The notes: generated by a model from the sequence alone, not told the origin. 64,000 bases of DNA from Prochlorococcus sp. AG-402-N10 (GCA_003216465.1 QCIU01000006.1:4967-68966), one strand, 5' to 3'; positions 7,955 to 17,852 are shown, counted from the first letter of the stretch. Numbers and translations: made by a program.

Positions 7955-10900
7955 ATGGATATTAATAAAATCAAATTAGATAATAATTTTAAATTAGTAG
8001 AAGCTAGTGCGGGTACTGGAAAAAGTTTTACTTTGGCTCACATGGTTTTAAGAAATGTTTTGGAAAAAAAAATTAAACCAGATGAAATACTTTTGCTAAG
8101 CTTTACAAAAAATACATGCTCAGAATTAAGGGATAAAATACTTTTAAGATTTAAAGAACTTAAATTATTTTTACAGAAACAGGATGAAACTGAAATAGAT
8201 AATACCCTTTTAGAATGGTACAAAAGCTATCAGAATAAGGAAAAATATCCAAAAAAAATAATACTTGAGATTGATAATTTTGTTAACTCCATTTATAAGT
8301 TAAAAGTAACTACTTTTCATGCTTTTTGTAGTAATATTTTAGAAGAATTCAGTATAGAAATTGGTTCCGCACAAGATCCATATATTGAAAATAATATAGA
8401 TAAGTTATATCAAGATATAGTAAATGATTTGTGGATTGATCAATTTCTCAATCTTGATCCCGAAATAATTTCTTTAGTTAGTCAGAAGAAAATTAATTCT
8501 AAATATGGAAGTAAAATTAATAAATCATTTTTTATTGAAATTTTAAAAAATCTTGACCAAGAAAATATTTGCAAAATTCAAATAAAAAATAAATATAATA
8601 ATATCGATATATCAGACTATTTAAAAGATTATTTATATATTAAATGGCAAGAGTTTTGTATCGAATGGAATAATAAAGGCGAAGAATTATTTCTGCAGCT
8701 TGTTGAATTAGGTAAATTAATAAAAGAAACTGGAGGCAAAAGTCAGGTATATGCTGCTAAACCAAGAAATAATAAGTTTGATCAAATAAGTGAATGGATT
8801 AAAAAGATTAACTTAAGGCTTGATTCAGAAGATATAGGTAAACTTTTATACGATATTTCTAATGAAGATCTTTTATTTAAATATTTTTATAATAAGAATA
8901 TTAATAAAGAAATTAAGAAATTTAATCTAAAGTTTGATCTTAGAAAATTTAAATTACTTCAAGATAAGATTTATAAAATAAAAGAAGGGATTTTCACTGA
9001 ATTTGTAAGAATAATTGTCCAGTTAGCTTATATAAAACTAAGTTCTAAAAAGAAAAGTTTATCTATTTTTAATTTTAATGATCTTATAAAAACTGTTGAG
9101 AATAAATATCTGGCTTCAGATCTTGGAGAAGATAAAAGTTTTTTTGAAATTCAAAATAGGTTTAAATGTATTCTTGTAGATGAGTTTCAAGATACAGATA
9201 ATATTCAGTGGAACATAATTAAAAAATTTTTTAATACCAATAAGCATTTTTTACTATGTGTGGGTGATCCAAAGCAGGCGATATATAAATTTAGAGGTGG
9301 AGATATAGAAACCTATTTAGATGCTAAATCTAATGCGATAGAAGTTTTTAGTCTTATAAATAACTATCGATCTTCAAATGAATTACTTGATGTAATTAAT
9401 AGGCTTTATAAAAATGGACTTAAAGAATCCAAACTCGAGTATAAGAAATTAAAAGCCAGAGATAATATTAGTATTAATTATAAATTTCAGTTTAAATACG
9501 TATTTGAAATTATAGATTTTTCAAAAAAAGAAATTGATATCGAAGAACTTGTAACTCAATATATAGTAAATTTTCTATTTAAAAATAAAGAAATTAATAT
9601 TAATAAAATTTCAATTCTCACCTTATATAATTTTCAATGTTTAGAAATAAAAAATAAATTATTAAAGTTCAATATCCCATCTCAGATTAAAAATAAACAA
9701 AATATTTTTGATACTGAAGCTAGTACTTTATTAGTTTTTTTTATTGAAGCCTTATTAAATCCAAGGCTTTATAGAAATATAAGTTTGTTAGCTACATCTA
9801 AATTTGTTGAGATAGATGTAGAAGAATTAATAGATCAAAAAATTAGTAAGAAATTAGAAAATTTAACTTATCAATGTATTAATTGGTCTCTGGAAATAAA
9901 AGAAAAAGGGTTTTTAACCATTGTTAATGAACTTATTTTTAATTTTAAGTCATCCTCAATTAATAGTGATCCAGATTTATATGCAAATTTATTTCAATTG
10001 TCTGAAATAATTGAAATTGAATTAATAAATAATGACTATAATCTAAATCAAGTATTTAAGTGGTATCAAAATCAAATTGATAATTCTTTAAGAATTTGTA
10101 ATGGAGAAGATTATTTAACAAAAGATTATGATCTTCAAAATGGGATTAATCTTTCGACAATTCATAATAGTAAGGGTCTTGAATATGACATAGTCTTATG
10201 TCCATATCTATCTATTATTTCTAATAAATCAAATAAAACTAGAGGTCCAATTTGGAAATCAATTTTGGATAGGGACATATACATCAATATTTCTAATAAT
10301 TACAGTAAGGTAGAAGAATTTAAATTAAAAGAAGAAAAAGATTTATTTAAAGAGAGTGAAAGGTTAATTTATGTAGCGCTTACAAGGGGTAAAGACAAGC
10401 TTATTATTTTTAATGATATAGATAATACAAATAATATTCTTAATAATTTGCTTTCAAATCTAGAGAATATTCATATTTATAAGTCAAAAAGCAAAGATAA
10501 GTTATTGAAAATTAATATTAATGAATTTTCTAATAGATTTAATATAAACGTCTTAAATAATAATCTTTGGAAAATAAATAAAATTAATACAAAAAAACCT
10601 AAAAAAATTTCACCTGATGAATTATTTTCTTTATCAAGTTATTCCTCGTGGATCCGAAAAGATAAAAAAACAGATTCAACTTTTAATCAATACAAAGATT
10701 ATGAAGATAATATTTTAATTGTTAATACGCTCAAAGAAACAAATTTAAATAAATTAAAAAATTATCCAAAATATTTAAATCTGCCTAACCCCTTGAGTGA
10801 TTTTCCTAAAGGAACTATTGCTGGGACATGTTTGCATAAAATAATAGAGAGATTTGATTTTCAAAATGATAATTCTGAAAAACTACTTGATTTAATTATT

Positions 10901-11587
10901 GAGGAACTAAATTTCTTCCAAATTGATTCTTCTTTAGCATTTAAAGTTAGAGATGGTATCTTGCGAATCATAAATGTTCCGCTGGGAAATAAATTACTTA
11001 ATAAAAGATTAATTGATATTTCTTCAAATAATGTTCTAAAAGAGGTTAAGTATGATTTACCACTTTCTTATAACGGAAGAAATATAACAGCAAGTGATAT
11101 CTCAAAATGTTTTTTATTAGATCAAGAATTTGAATTCGGTGAAGAGTATTCAAATAAAATTAATGACCTCCTAATTTCAAATAAAGGTTTTCATTCAGGA
11201 TGTGTTGACTGCTTAATACCAATAGGAAATTCATTAGAAGATAGTAAATGGTGGGTAATTGATTGGAAAAGTAATTTCATTTCTGGAAGTAAAAATAGCG
11301 ATTGCTTTCCTGAAAACTATAACTATGAAAATATGAAAGAAGAAATGATTAAACACCATTATCCATTGCAGTCTCATCTTTATTTATTGGCTTTACACAG
11401 ATTGTTAAAGTGGAGATTAAAAAATTATCAACCTAATTTACATCTTGGAGGATATGTATATATATTTTTAAAAGGATTACCTGATATTAAATTGTTTGAA
11501 AAATCTATCGATAAAGATATTTCTCCAGGTCTTTTTATTAGCCCTGCTCCTATTAATAGAATTAATTATCTAGATAATATATTTTAA
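7955..11587 (+). CDS. recB: exodeoxyribonuclease V beta subunit (UvrD-type helicase plus PD-(D/E)XK nuclease)
   Basis: Walker A ASAGTGKSFT, LVDEFQDTD, GDPKQAIYKFRG, TIHNSKGLEY. C-terminal nuclease motif GCVDCLIP...WWVIDWKSN. Confidence 0.9.
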   Translation: MDINKIKLDNNFKLVEASAGTGKSFTLAHMVLRNVLEKKIKPDEILLLSFTKNTCSELRDKILLRFKELKLFLQKQDETEIDNTLLEWYKSYQNKEKYPKKIILEIDNFVNSIYKLKVTTFHAFCSNILEEFSIEIGSAQDPYIENNIDKLYQDIVNDLWIDQFLNLDPEIISLVSQKKINSKYGSKINKSFFIEILKNLDQENICKIQIKNKYNNIDISDYLKDYLYIKWQEFCIEWNNKGEELFLQLVELGKLIKETGGKSQVYAAKPRNNKFDQISEWIKKINLRLDSEDIGKLLYDISNEDLLFKYFYNKNINKEIKKFNLKFDLRKFKLLQDKIYKIKEGIFTEFVRIIVQLAYIKLSSKKKSLSIFNFNDLIKTVENKYLASDLGEDKSFFEIQNRFKCILVDEFQDTDNIQWNIIKKFFNTNKHFLLCVGDPKQAIYKFRGGDIETYLDAKSNAIEVFSLINNYRSSNELLDVINRLYKNGLKESKLEYKKLKARDNISINYKFQFKYVFEIIDFSKKEIDIEELVTQYIVNFLFKNKEININKISILTLYNFQCLEIKNKLLKFNIPSQIKNKQNIFDTEASTLLVFFIEALLNPRLYRNISLLATSKFVEIDVEELIDQKISKKLENLTYQCINWSLEIKEKGFLTIVNELIFNFKSSSINSDPDLYANLFQLSEIIEIELINNDYNLNQVFKWYQNQIDNSLRICNGEDYLTKDYDLQNGINLSTIHNSKGLEYDIVLCPYLSIISNKSNKTRGPIWKSILDRDIYINISNNYSKVEEFKLKEEKDLFKESERLIYVALTRGKDKLIIFNDIDNTNNILNNLLSNLENIHIYKSKSKDKLLKININEFSNRFNINVLNNNLWKINKINTKKPKKISPDELFSLSSYSSWIRKDKKTDSTFNQYKDYEDNILIVNTLKETNLNKLKNYPKYLNLPNPLSDFPKGTIAGTCLHKIIERFDFQNDNSEKLLDLIIEELNFFQIDSSLAFKVRDGILRIINVPLGNKLLNKRLIDISSNNVLKEVKYDLPLSYNGRNITASDISKCFLLDQEFEFGEEYSNKINDLLISNKGFHSGCVDCLIPIGNSLEDSKWWVIDWKSNFISGSKNSDCFPENYNYENMKEEMIKHHYPLQSHLYLLALHRLLKWRLKNYQPNLHLGGYVYIFLKGLPDIKLFEKSIDKDISPGLFISPAPINRINYLDNIF

Positions 11588-13279
11588 ATGTATGATAGTA
11601 ATTTAAAAATTGAAGAATTTGAATATAGCCATATATATGATCTTCTAAAGGATATTTTTAAATTTAATGAAAAAAGATATGGAGATTATGTTAAAGATTC
11701 ATTAAAAATATTATTAGAATTTGAGAAAAATGGAGAGACCATAATAGAAGTAGATAAGATTTCAATATTTTTTGACTTATTAAAAGATGGATGGCCTAAT
11801 GAACACCTAAAAGTTTTAAAGGATTTAGGATTATTAAATGATTCTAATGCCCCATTTGTATTTACTGATAGAAAATTAGCATTTGCAAAATGGTCTGGAA
11901 AGATAGATAGAGTTATTAATGCCTTCTTAAAAAAAATAGATAAAATTACCATAAATTCAGATAATGATAATAAACTTGATCAAATTAAAAATATTTTCGA
12001 AAGTTCAAATGTAGTTTTTTTGCAAGGAGGACCTGGGACAGGCAAAACTACACTGGTGATAAATTTTATATTGGATTATTTAAGAATTGAAAGCTTTTTA
12101 AATATAGGACTTGCAGCTCCTACTGGAAAAGCTACTTCTAGACTAAAAGAATCTCTTAATGAACAAAAAGATATCTTTTTAAGCAAAAGTCTTGATCAAA
12201 TAGAATGTCAAACTTTACATAAATGGATTTTTAATTCTCATAAAAAATCTATTAAATTAAAATTTAAATTAAGGGAATTAGATATTTTTATTATTGATGA
12301 AATGTCAATGGTGAATATTGATATGATTGAATCAGTTTTAGATTTACTAGCTAAAGATTGTAAAATTATTCTCGTTGGTGATAGAAATCAATTGTCTCCT
12401 GTAAAAAATTGTTCTATTTGGAATTATTTATTTGAATATTCTGAAAACAAACTAATTGAATCTTGTATAGTTAATCTCAATAAAACTTTTAGAAATAGTG
12501 GAGATATTGAATTACTAAGTAATCTAATATTTAATAATAAAAATTATTTATTTCAGAAAAAGATCAAGGAATTTGGCAATCAAAATAAATCTAAAGAAGT
12601 AAATATTATTAAGAGTCATAATAAAGATATTCCTTTAGATCTTATAAATTTAATTCAAAATAACCTTAAAGAATTAAGAAAATCGACATCAAATCTAAGT
12701 AAAAAAAAATACATCTTTGATGAAAATATTAAAGATTTAATGATTTATGAAAAAGATTTAATAAATAACATATTATTTAATTTACAAAGACATTTGATTT
12801 TATGCGAAAAGAATACTGGCTATTGGAGTGTTGAAAATATAAATGATATAGTAATTGGCAAATCAAAACCTTATGATTTCAAAGCTCTTGATGAAGGTTT
12901 GCCAATAATGTGTACAAAAAATAATAATCAACTTGGAATATTAAATGGTGATATCGGTGTTTTAATAGGAACAAAAGAGAATAGGAAATATCTTTTTAGG
13001 AAGTTTAATGATAATAATGAGCTTATAGTTGAGTTGATCGATCCAATCGCTTTAGAAAATATTGTTCCAGCTATTGCTATTACAATTCATAAATCTCAAG
13101 GGAGCGAATCTGAGAAAGTAAGTATTTTGTGGTCTAAGAAATCAAAATTAGATCAATTTACAAATTGTACTGAAGAACAAAAAGAGAATTTTTTCTTCAG
13201 GGATAATTATGAGAAAAGATTATTTTATACAGCAATAACTAGAGCTAAGAAACTTTTAGATATTTATTATTTAAATTAG
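11588..13279 (+). CDS. recD: exodeoxyribonuclease V alpha subunit
   Basis: GGPGTGKTT Walker A, IIDEMSMV, LVGDRNQLSPV, TIHKSQGSE. The ATG abuts the recB stop (TAAATG). Confidence 0.9.
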   Translation: MYDSNLKIEEFEYSHIYDLLKDIFKFNEKRYGDYVKDSLKILLEFEKNGETIIEVDKISIFFDLLKDGWPNEHLKVLKDLGLLNDSNAPFVFTDRKLAFAKWSGKIDRVINAFLKKIDKITINSDNDNKLDQIKNIFESSNVVFLQGGPGTGKTTLVINFILDYLRIESFLNIGLAAPTGKATSRLKESLNEQKDIFLSKSLDQIECQTLHKWIFNSHKKSIKLKFKLRELDIFIIDEMSMVNIDMIESVLDLLAKDCKIILVGDRNQLSPVKNCSIWNYLFEYSENKLIESCIVNLNKTFRNSGDIELLSNLIFNNKNYLFQKKIKEFGNQNKSKEVNIIKSHNKDIPLDLINLIQNNLKELRKSTSNLSKKKYIFDENIKDLMIYEKDLINNILFNLQRHLILCEKNTGYWSVENINDIVIGKSKPYDFKALDEGLPIMCTKNNNQLGILNGDIGVLIGTKENRKYLFRKFNDNNELIVELIDPIALENIVPAIAITIHKSQGSESEKVSILWSKKSKLDQFTNCTEEQKENFFFRDNYEKRLFYTAITRAKKLLDIYYLN

Positions 13280-13384
13280 AACTTAATTACTATAAATTAG
13301 TTAGATTTCAACCTCTAGATGCTAGATTAGAAATTCGGCTCTGAAAGGCTAGTCAACAATTTAAGATTCTTTAGATAAATGTTG

Positions 13385-13416
13385 AATGCCTGATCAGTAG
13401 ATAATCAGGCATTTTT
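13385..13416 (+). terminator. intrinsic-terminator-like hairpin (10-bp stem, 9-nt loop, T-run) ending 2 nt before the helicase ATG
   Basis: aatgcctgat (13385-13394) pairs with atcaggcatt (13404-13413), followed by a T-run to 13416. It lies about 105 nt after the recD stop. Confidence 0.55.
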
Positions 13417-13417
13417 A

Positions 13418-15205
13418 ATGGCTTCAAATAAAGAAAAACAATTATTAGAGAATGATGACGATAATTTGGTAGAAAAAACTATTTCTAAAAGTGATTCAAT
13501 AGAATCTGGAAATAAATTAAAATCTGTTTCAAGTGAAGAAGTTATTCCTAATTGTGATGAGATTGATAATGGATTTGCTTGCTTTGGATTTAATAAATCA
13601 ATATTAAATTCATTAGAAAGTAAAGGATATAAAACTCCTACACCTATACAAAAAGCCGCAATCCCTGAATTAATGCTCGGAAGAGATTTGTTAGGGCAAG
13701 CTCAAACTGGTACAGGTAAAACGGCAGCCTTCGCTTTACCAATAATAGAAAAGCTTGAAAACAACAAAGAATCAAACGCTAAAGTTTTAGTTATGACGCC
13801 AACAAGAGAGTTGGCTACTCAAGTAGCAGATTCTTTCAAAAGTTATAGTCTTGAATCAACAAATTTAAGAACATTAGCAATATATGGAGGGACTGATTTT
13901 AGAAATCAAATCTCTTCACTTAAGAGAAAAACTGACATAGTTGTTGGGACACCTGGAAGAATAATGGATCATATTAGGCAAGGGACTTTTAAGATAAATA
14001 ATATAAATTGTCTTGTTCTTGATGAGGCTGATGAGATGTTAAAAATGGGATTTCTTGAAGATATTGAATGGATAATAGATAAACTTCCTGAAAACAAACA
14101 AATGGTATTGTTTTCAGCAACTATGCCAAATGAGATCAGAAATATAGCAAAAAAATATCTTAATGAACCCGCTGAAATACTTATAAAAAGCGTTAAGAAA
14201 GAAACTCAATTAATTACCCAAAAATATATTAATGTTCAAAGGCACCATAAGTTAGATGCTCTAAAAAGAATATTAGAAATAACTAATGAAGGGGTAATAA
14301 TATTTGTAAGGACAAAATTACTTACTACTTCAATAGCAGAGGCCTTAGAAAACTTTGGCCATAGTGTGGCTGTTCTTAATGGTGATATCCCCCAGAATCA
14401 AAGAGAAAATACCGTTGATAGATTAAAAAGAGGATTTATTGATATTCTTGTTGCAACCGATGTGGCCGCTAGAGGATTAGATGTTGAAAGGATTAAACTT
14501 GTTATTAATTACGATTTTCCTTTTGATAAGGAAACATATACTCATAGAATTGGAAGAACGGGCAGAGCAGGTAGATCAGGGGAAGCAATCTTATTTGTTA
14601 ATCAAAGAGAAAAACATTTTCTGAGAAACTTGGAAAATTCTACAAGAAATAAGATTGAAGAAATTGAGATCCCGAATAATAAAATAATCAATGAAAAAAG
14701 AATGGGTAAATTAATTTCAAATTTGAATGAAAGTTCTCTTAAACAAGAAAATAATGAAGAAAAAAAAGCTTTGATGATAGATATTCTTGATACCTTAAAA
14801 GAAAAGCATTCTATGGATGAATCAAATATTGCAATGGCAGCTATTAATTTAGCAATAGGTAATAAATCCTTTTTTCTAAATGAAGATGAGTCTTGGATTT
14901 ATAGACAGAATAATTCTGAACGTAATAGATCAAATAGAAATGGAAACGGAAATAATCGTATAAGAAATTCAAATAGAAGAAATAATTATCAAAATGATTC
15001 TTTTGAAACTTATAAATTTAATTTTGGCAAAATGGATAGAATTAGAGTGGCAAATATTATTTCCTCTATTTGTTCTTCTACTAATATTAATGGAAGATCA
15101 ATTGGCAAGATACAAATATTTAATGATTATAGTTTAGTTGACTTGCCGAGAGATTTGCATGGTGAAGTTAGAAATAAACTCAGAAATTTACGAATAAGAA
15201 ATTAA
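13418..15205 (+). CDS. DEAD-box ATP-dependent RNA helicase (DeaD/CsdA/CrhR-like) with a C-terminal RNA-binding extension
   Basis: AQTGTGKTAAF, PTRELA, VLDEADEML, SAT, HRIGRTGRAG. An N/R-rich low-complexity linker is followed by a DbpA-like tail. Confidence 0.9.
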   Translation: MASNKEKQLLENDDDNLVEKTISKSDSIESGNKLKSVSSEEVIPNCDEIDNGFACFGFNKSILNSLESKGYKTPTPIQKAAIPELMLGRDLLGQAQTGTGKTAAFALPIIEKLENNKESNAKVLVMTPTRELATQVADSFKSYSLESTNLRTLAIYGGTDFRNQISSLKRKTDIVVGTPGRIMDHIRQGTFKINNINCLVLDEADEMLKMGFLEDIEWIIDKLPENKQMVLFSATMPNEIRNIAKKYLNEPAEILIKSVKKETQLITQKYINVQRHHKLDALKRILEITNEGVIIFVRTKLLTTSIAEALENFGHSVAVLNGDIPQNQRENTVDRLKRGFIDILVATDVAARGLDVERIKLVINYDFPFDKETYTHRIGRTGRAGRSGEAILFVNQREKHFLRNLENSTRNKIEEIEIPNNKIINEKRMGKLISNLNESSLKQENNEEKKALMIDILDTLKEKHSMDESNIAMAAINLAIGNKSFFLNEDESWIYRQNNSERNRSNRNGNGNNRIRNSNRRNNYQNDSFETYKFNFGKMDRIRVANIISSICSSTNINGRSIGKIQIFNDYSLVDLPRDLHGEVRNKLRNLRIRN

Positions 15206-15214
15206 TTTAAGATC

Positions 15215-15496
15215 ATGGGATCTGCTACAAAAAAAATCTTTTTTTTAGTTAACTTTTTCCTTTTATGGGCATTTTTAAATGTTGAATATTTAGCTGAAAC
15301 AAAAAAAAATTCAATTATAAATTTATTCTGTATTGAAAGTTTTAAGGAGGAGATGTTAAAAGCAAATATAAAATATAATGAAGAAATTGCTTCTGATACT
15401 TGTGATTGCTATCTAGAGGAATTTTCAAAAAGTACTAGTCATAAAAAAGCAATAAAAAAATGTAAGTTAGGTGCCAAGGAAAAATTTAATTTATAA
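15215..15496 (+). CDS. small secreted Cys-containing hypothetical protein (93 aa)
   Basis: Signal-like N-terminus (KKIFFLVNFFLLWAFLNVEYLA), 4 Cys (C..., CDC, C). It ends 10 nt before the ABC exporter ATG. Confidence 0.45.
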   Translation: MGSATKKIFFLVNFFLLWAFLNVEYLAETKKNSIINLFCIESFKEEMLKANIKYNEEIASDTCDCYLEEFSKSTSHKKAIKKCKLGAKEKFNL

Positions 15497-15506
15497 AATA
15501 TTTATA

Positions 15507-17279
15507 ATGAAATCTACAAATAACCAAAACCCTATAATCAGGCTTTATCTAAATTTAAGGGAAGAAAGGGGTCTACTATTTTTTGCTTTTTTAAGTTCAA
15601 TAATAAATAAAATTTTAGATTTAGCTCCTCCAGTAATTATTGGTCTTGCAGTAGATATTGTAGTTAAAGAACAGAATTCTTGGATTTCTAGTTTTGGGAT
15701 AAAAGAAGTTCCAATGCAATTGATATTTCTGGCATTTGCTTCTGGGATAGTATGGTCAGGAGAATCTTTTTTCGAATATTTATATTCGGTTTTATGGAGA
15801 AATCTAGCACAGATTTCGCAACATAAATTAAGAATAAGGGCTTATAAGCATATACAAGAACTTGATATGGCTTTCTTTGAAAACGATAATACGGGTAGAC
15901 TTTTATCTATTTTAAATGATGATGTCAATCAACTTGAAAGGTTCCTCGATCAAGGCGCAAATCAACTTATTCAACTATTTATTACTGTTCTACTAATTGG
16001 TGGAACAATGATTCTTGTCGCACCAAAAATTGCATTATTTGCTTTCTTACCTATTCCTTTAATATTTATCGGATCTATAAGATTTCAAAGAAAACTTTCT
16101 CCAAAATATAAAGATGTCAGGAATAAAGCAGGTCTTTTAGCTTCAAGATTAAATAATAATTTAAGTGGAATTCTTACGATAAAAAGTTTTACAAAAGAGA
16201 ATTGGGAGCTTAATAGATTAAATAAAGAAAGCCTTGCATATCAAAGAAGTAATAAAGCAGCAATAAAATTATCATCTGCTTTTATTCCACTAATTAGATT
16301 TGCTATTTTATTTGCTTTCGTAGCAATCTTACTTATTGGAGGTTTTCAAACATGGAATAAGGTACTTAATGTAGGAACATATAGTTTTTTAGTTTTTATT
16401 ACCCAAAGGTTGTTATGGCCTTTGACTACCTTGGGTCATGTTTTAGATGATTTTCAACGCTCAATGGCATCAATAAATAGAGTAATAGATCTTATTGATA
16501 AGCCTATAAAAATTAAAGATGGCAAGATAAAAATTGATTCTAAAGATATCAAAGGCGACATTGTTTTTAAAAATATTAATTTTAATTATCCTGGTAGAGA
16601 ATCAACTTTAAAGAATATAAATTTTGAAATTCAAAGTAACTCTACACTAGGAATTGTTGGATTAACTGGTTCTGGCAAAAGTACAATCATTAAACTTCTT
16701 CTTAGGATTTATGATAGTAATAAAGGTTTAATATCTTTAGATAAAGTTCCTATAAAAGACATTAATTTAAAAGATTTAAGAAAATGTATTTCTCTAGTAA
16801 GTCAAGAAACTTATTTATTTCATGGGACAGTTGAGGAAAATATTGCCTATGGTGCAATTAGTCCAAAAAATAAAGACATTGTAAAAGCATCAAAAATTGC
16901 TGAAGCTCATAAATTTATTGAACAATTACCGGAAGGTTATAAAACAATCGTGGGGGAGAGGGGACAAAGACTTTCAGGTGGACAACGTCAACGAATAGCT
17001 TTGGCTAGGGCAGTTTTAAAAGATGCCCCTATATTGATCTTAGATGAGGCCACTGCTTCAGTTGATAACGAGACGGAAGTTTTAATTCAGAAATCATTAT
17101 CTAAGATAACTAAGGAAAGAACTACCATAGTTATTGCTCACAGATTAAGTACAATTAAAAATGCTGACAATATTATTGTTATAGATAAGGGAAGGATTAT
17201 TGAAAGTGGAAAGCATGAGCTTTTAATAAATAATAATAATGTATATTCAGATTTATGGAATGTTCAGGTGGGCATTTAG
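15507..17279 (+). CDS. ABC exporter, fused permease/ATPase (MsbA/multidrug type)
   Basis: N-terminal 6-TM domain, Walker A GLTGSGKST, signature LSGGQRQR, Walker B ILILDEATAS. I prefer the ATG at 15507 over the overlapping upstream start at 15471 given in the track. Confidence 0.85.
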   Translation: MKSTNNQNPIIRLYLNLREERGLLFFAFLSSIINKILDLAPPVIIGLAVDIVVKEQNSWISSFGIKEVPMQLIFLAFASGIVWSGESFFEYLYSVLWRNLAQISQHKLRIRAYKHIQELDMAFFENDNTGRLLSILNDDVNQLERFLDQGANQLIQLFITVLLIGGTMILVAPKIALFAFLPIPLIFIGSIRFQRKLSPKYKDVRNKAGLLASRLNNNLSGILTIKSFTKENWELNRLNKESLAYQRSNKAAIKLSSAFIPLIRFAILFAFVAILLIGGFQTWNKVLNVGTYSFLVFITQRLLWPLTTLGHVLDDFQRSMASINRVIDLIDKPIKIKDGKIKIDSKDIKGDIVFKNINFNYPGRESTLKNINFEIQSNSTLGIVGLTGSGKSTIIKLLLRIYDSNKGLISLDKVPIKDINLKDLRKCISLVSQETYLFHGTVEENIAYGAISPKNKDIVKASKIAEAHKFIEQLPEGYKTIVGERGQRLSGGQRQRIALARAVLKDAPILILDEATASVDNETEVLIQKSLSKITKERTTIVIAHRLSTIKNADNIIVIDKGRIIESGKHELLINNNNVYSDLWNVQVGI

Positions 17280-17294
17280 GGTTTTATATAAAAA

Positions 17295-17852
17295 CTATAT
17301 TAAAAAGTTAAATGACTCTATAACATTACTGAACATCGCATCAACTTTATTCCATCGGTCTTCATTTGTTCCTACAGCGAATGTATATAAAGTTCCTCTA
17401 TCTATTACAACAGTAGCAATTTCATGTCTATATTGTTCATTCAGATTTAATTTATATTCCAAGTCATAAAAAATATGATTTGAGGACTCTCTTTTTTTGG
17501 CATCAACAAGTTCTACTGATCTGCCTGAACCCTTGGGAGCAATGACTTTATCTATTAAAGTTTGACCCACTTCTATTGGGCTTCCAAGTTGTTCTAAATC
17601 AATTTCTTTGTTTACATCTGATACGACCAAACTTAGTGTTTCATTACTATTAATCAAATCATGATAGATAATTTCAGGACCTCCTTCTACTTTTACTCTC
17701 GTCCAACCTGTTGGATATAAAAAAGCATATCTTCCGTCTGGACTTTGATATGCCTCTAATCCTGCGTTAAGTCCCCCACTGCAAGCACTAAGGGTAAAGC
17801 ATAAAATTATTAATATTAAATATTTAAAAGGGTTAAATTTCATATTCTTCAT
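17295..17852 (-). CDS. psbP: PsbP-like (CyanoP) photosystem II lipoprotein
   Basis: Lipobox LSACSG, then DGRYAFLYPTGWTRV and the PsbP-fold pattern; 185 aa. Confidence 0.7.
   Translation of the reverse strand: MKNMKFNPFKYLILIILCFTLSACSGGLNAGLEAYQSPDGRYAFLYPTGWTRVKVEGGPEIIYHDLINSNETLSLVVSDVNKEIDLEQLGSPIEVGQTLIDKVIAPKGSGRSVELVDAKKRESSNHIFYDLEYKLNLNEQYRHEIATVVIDRGTLYTFAVGTNEDRWNKVDAMFSNVIESFNFLI

Noticed and set aside
8038-11952. Track ORFs 8038-8223(-) and 11686-11952(-) inside recB and recD
   Set aside because: They are antisense to long motif-supported genes and have low-complexity S/F/K/N composition typical of AT-rich shadow frames.
15471-15506. Upstream GTG start for the ABC exporter, overlapping the preceding small ORF
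   Set aside because: The ATG at 15507 removes the overlap and still precedes the first TM helix. The upstream 12 codons add only K/I-rich filler. I cannot exclude it without N-terminal data.
17239-17469. 76-aa plus-strand ORF spanning the ABC transporter stop and the psbP-like gene
   Set aside because: It overlaps two supported genes, has no motif, and is antisense to the psbP-like CDS.
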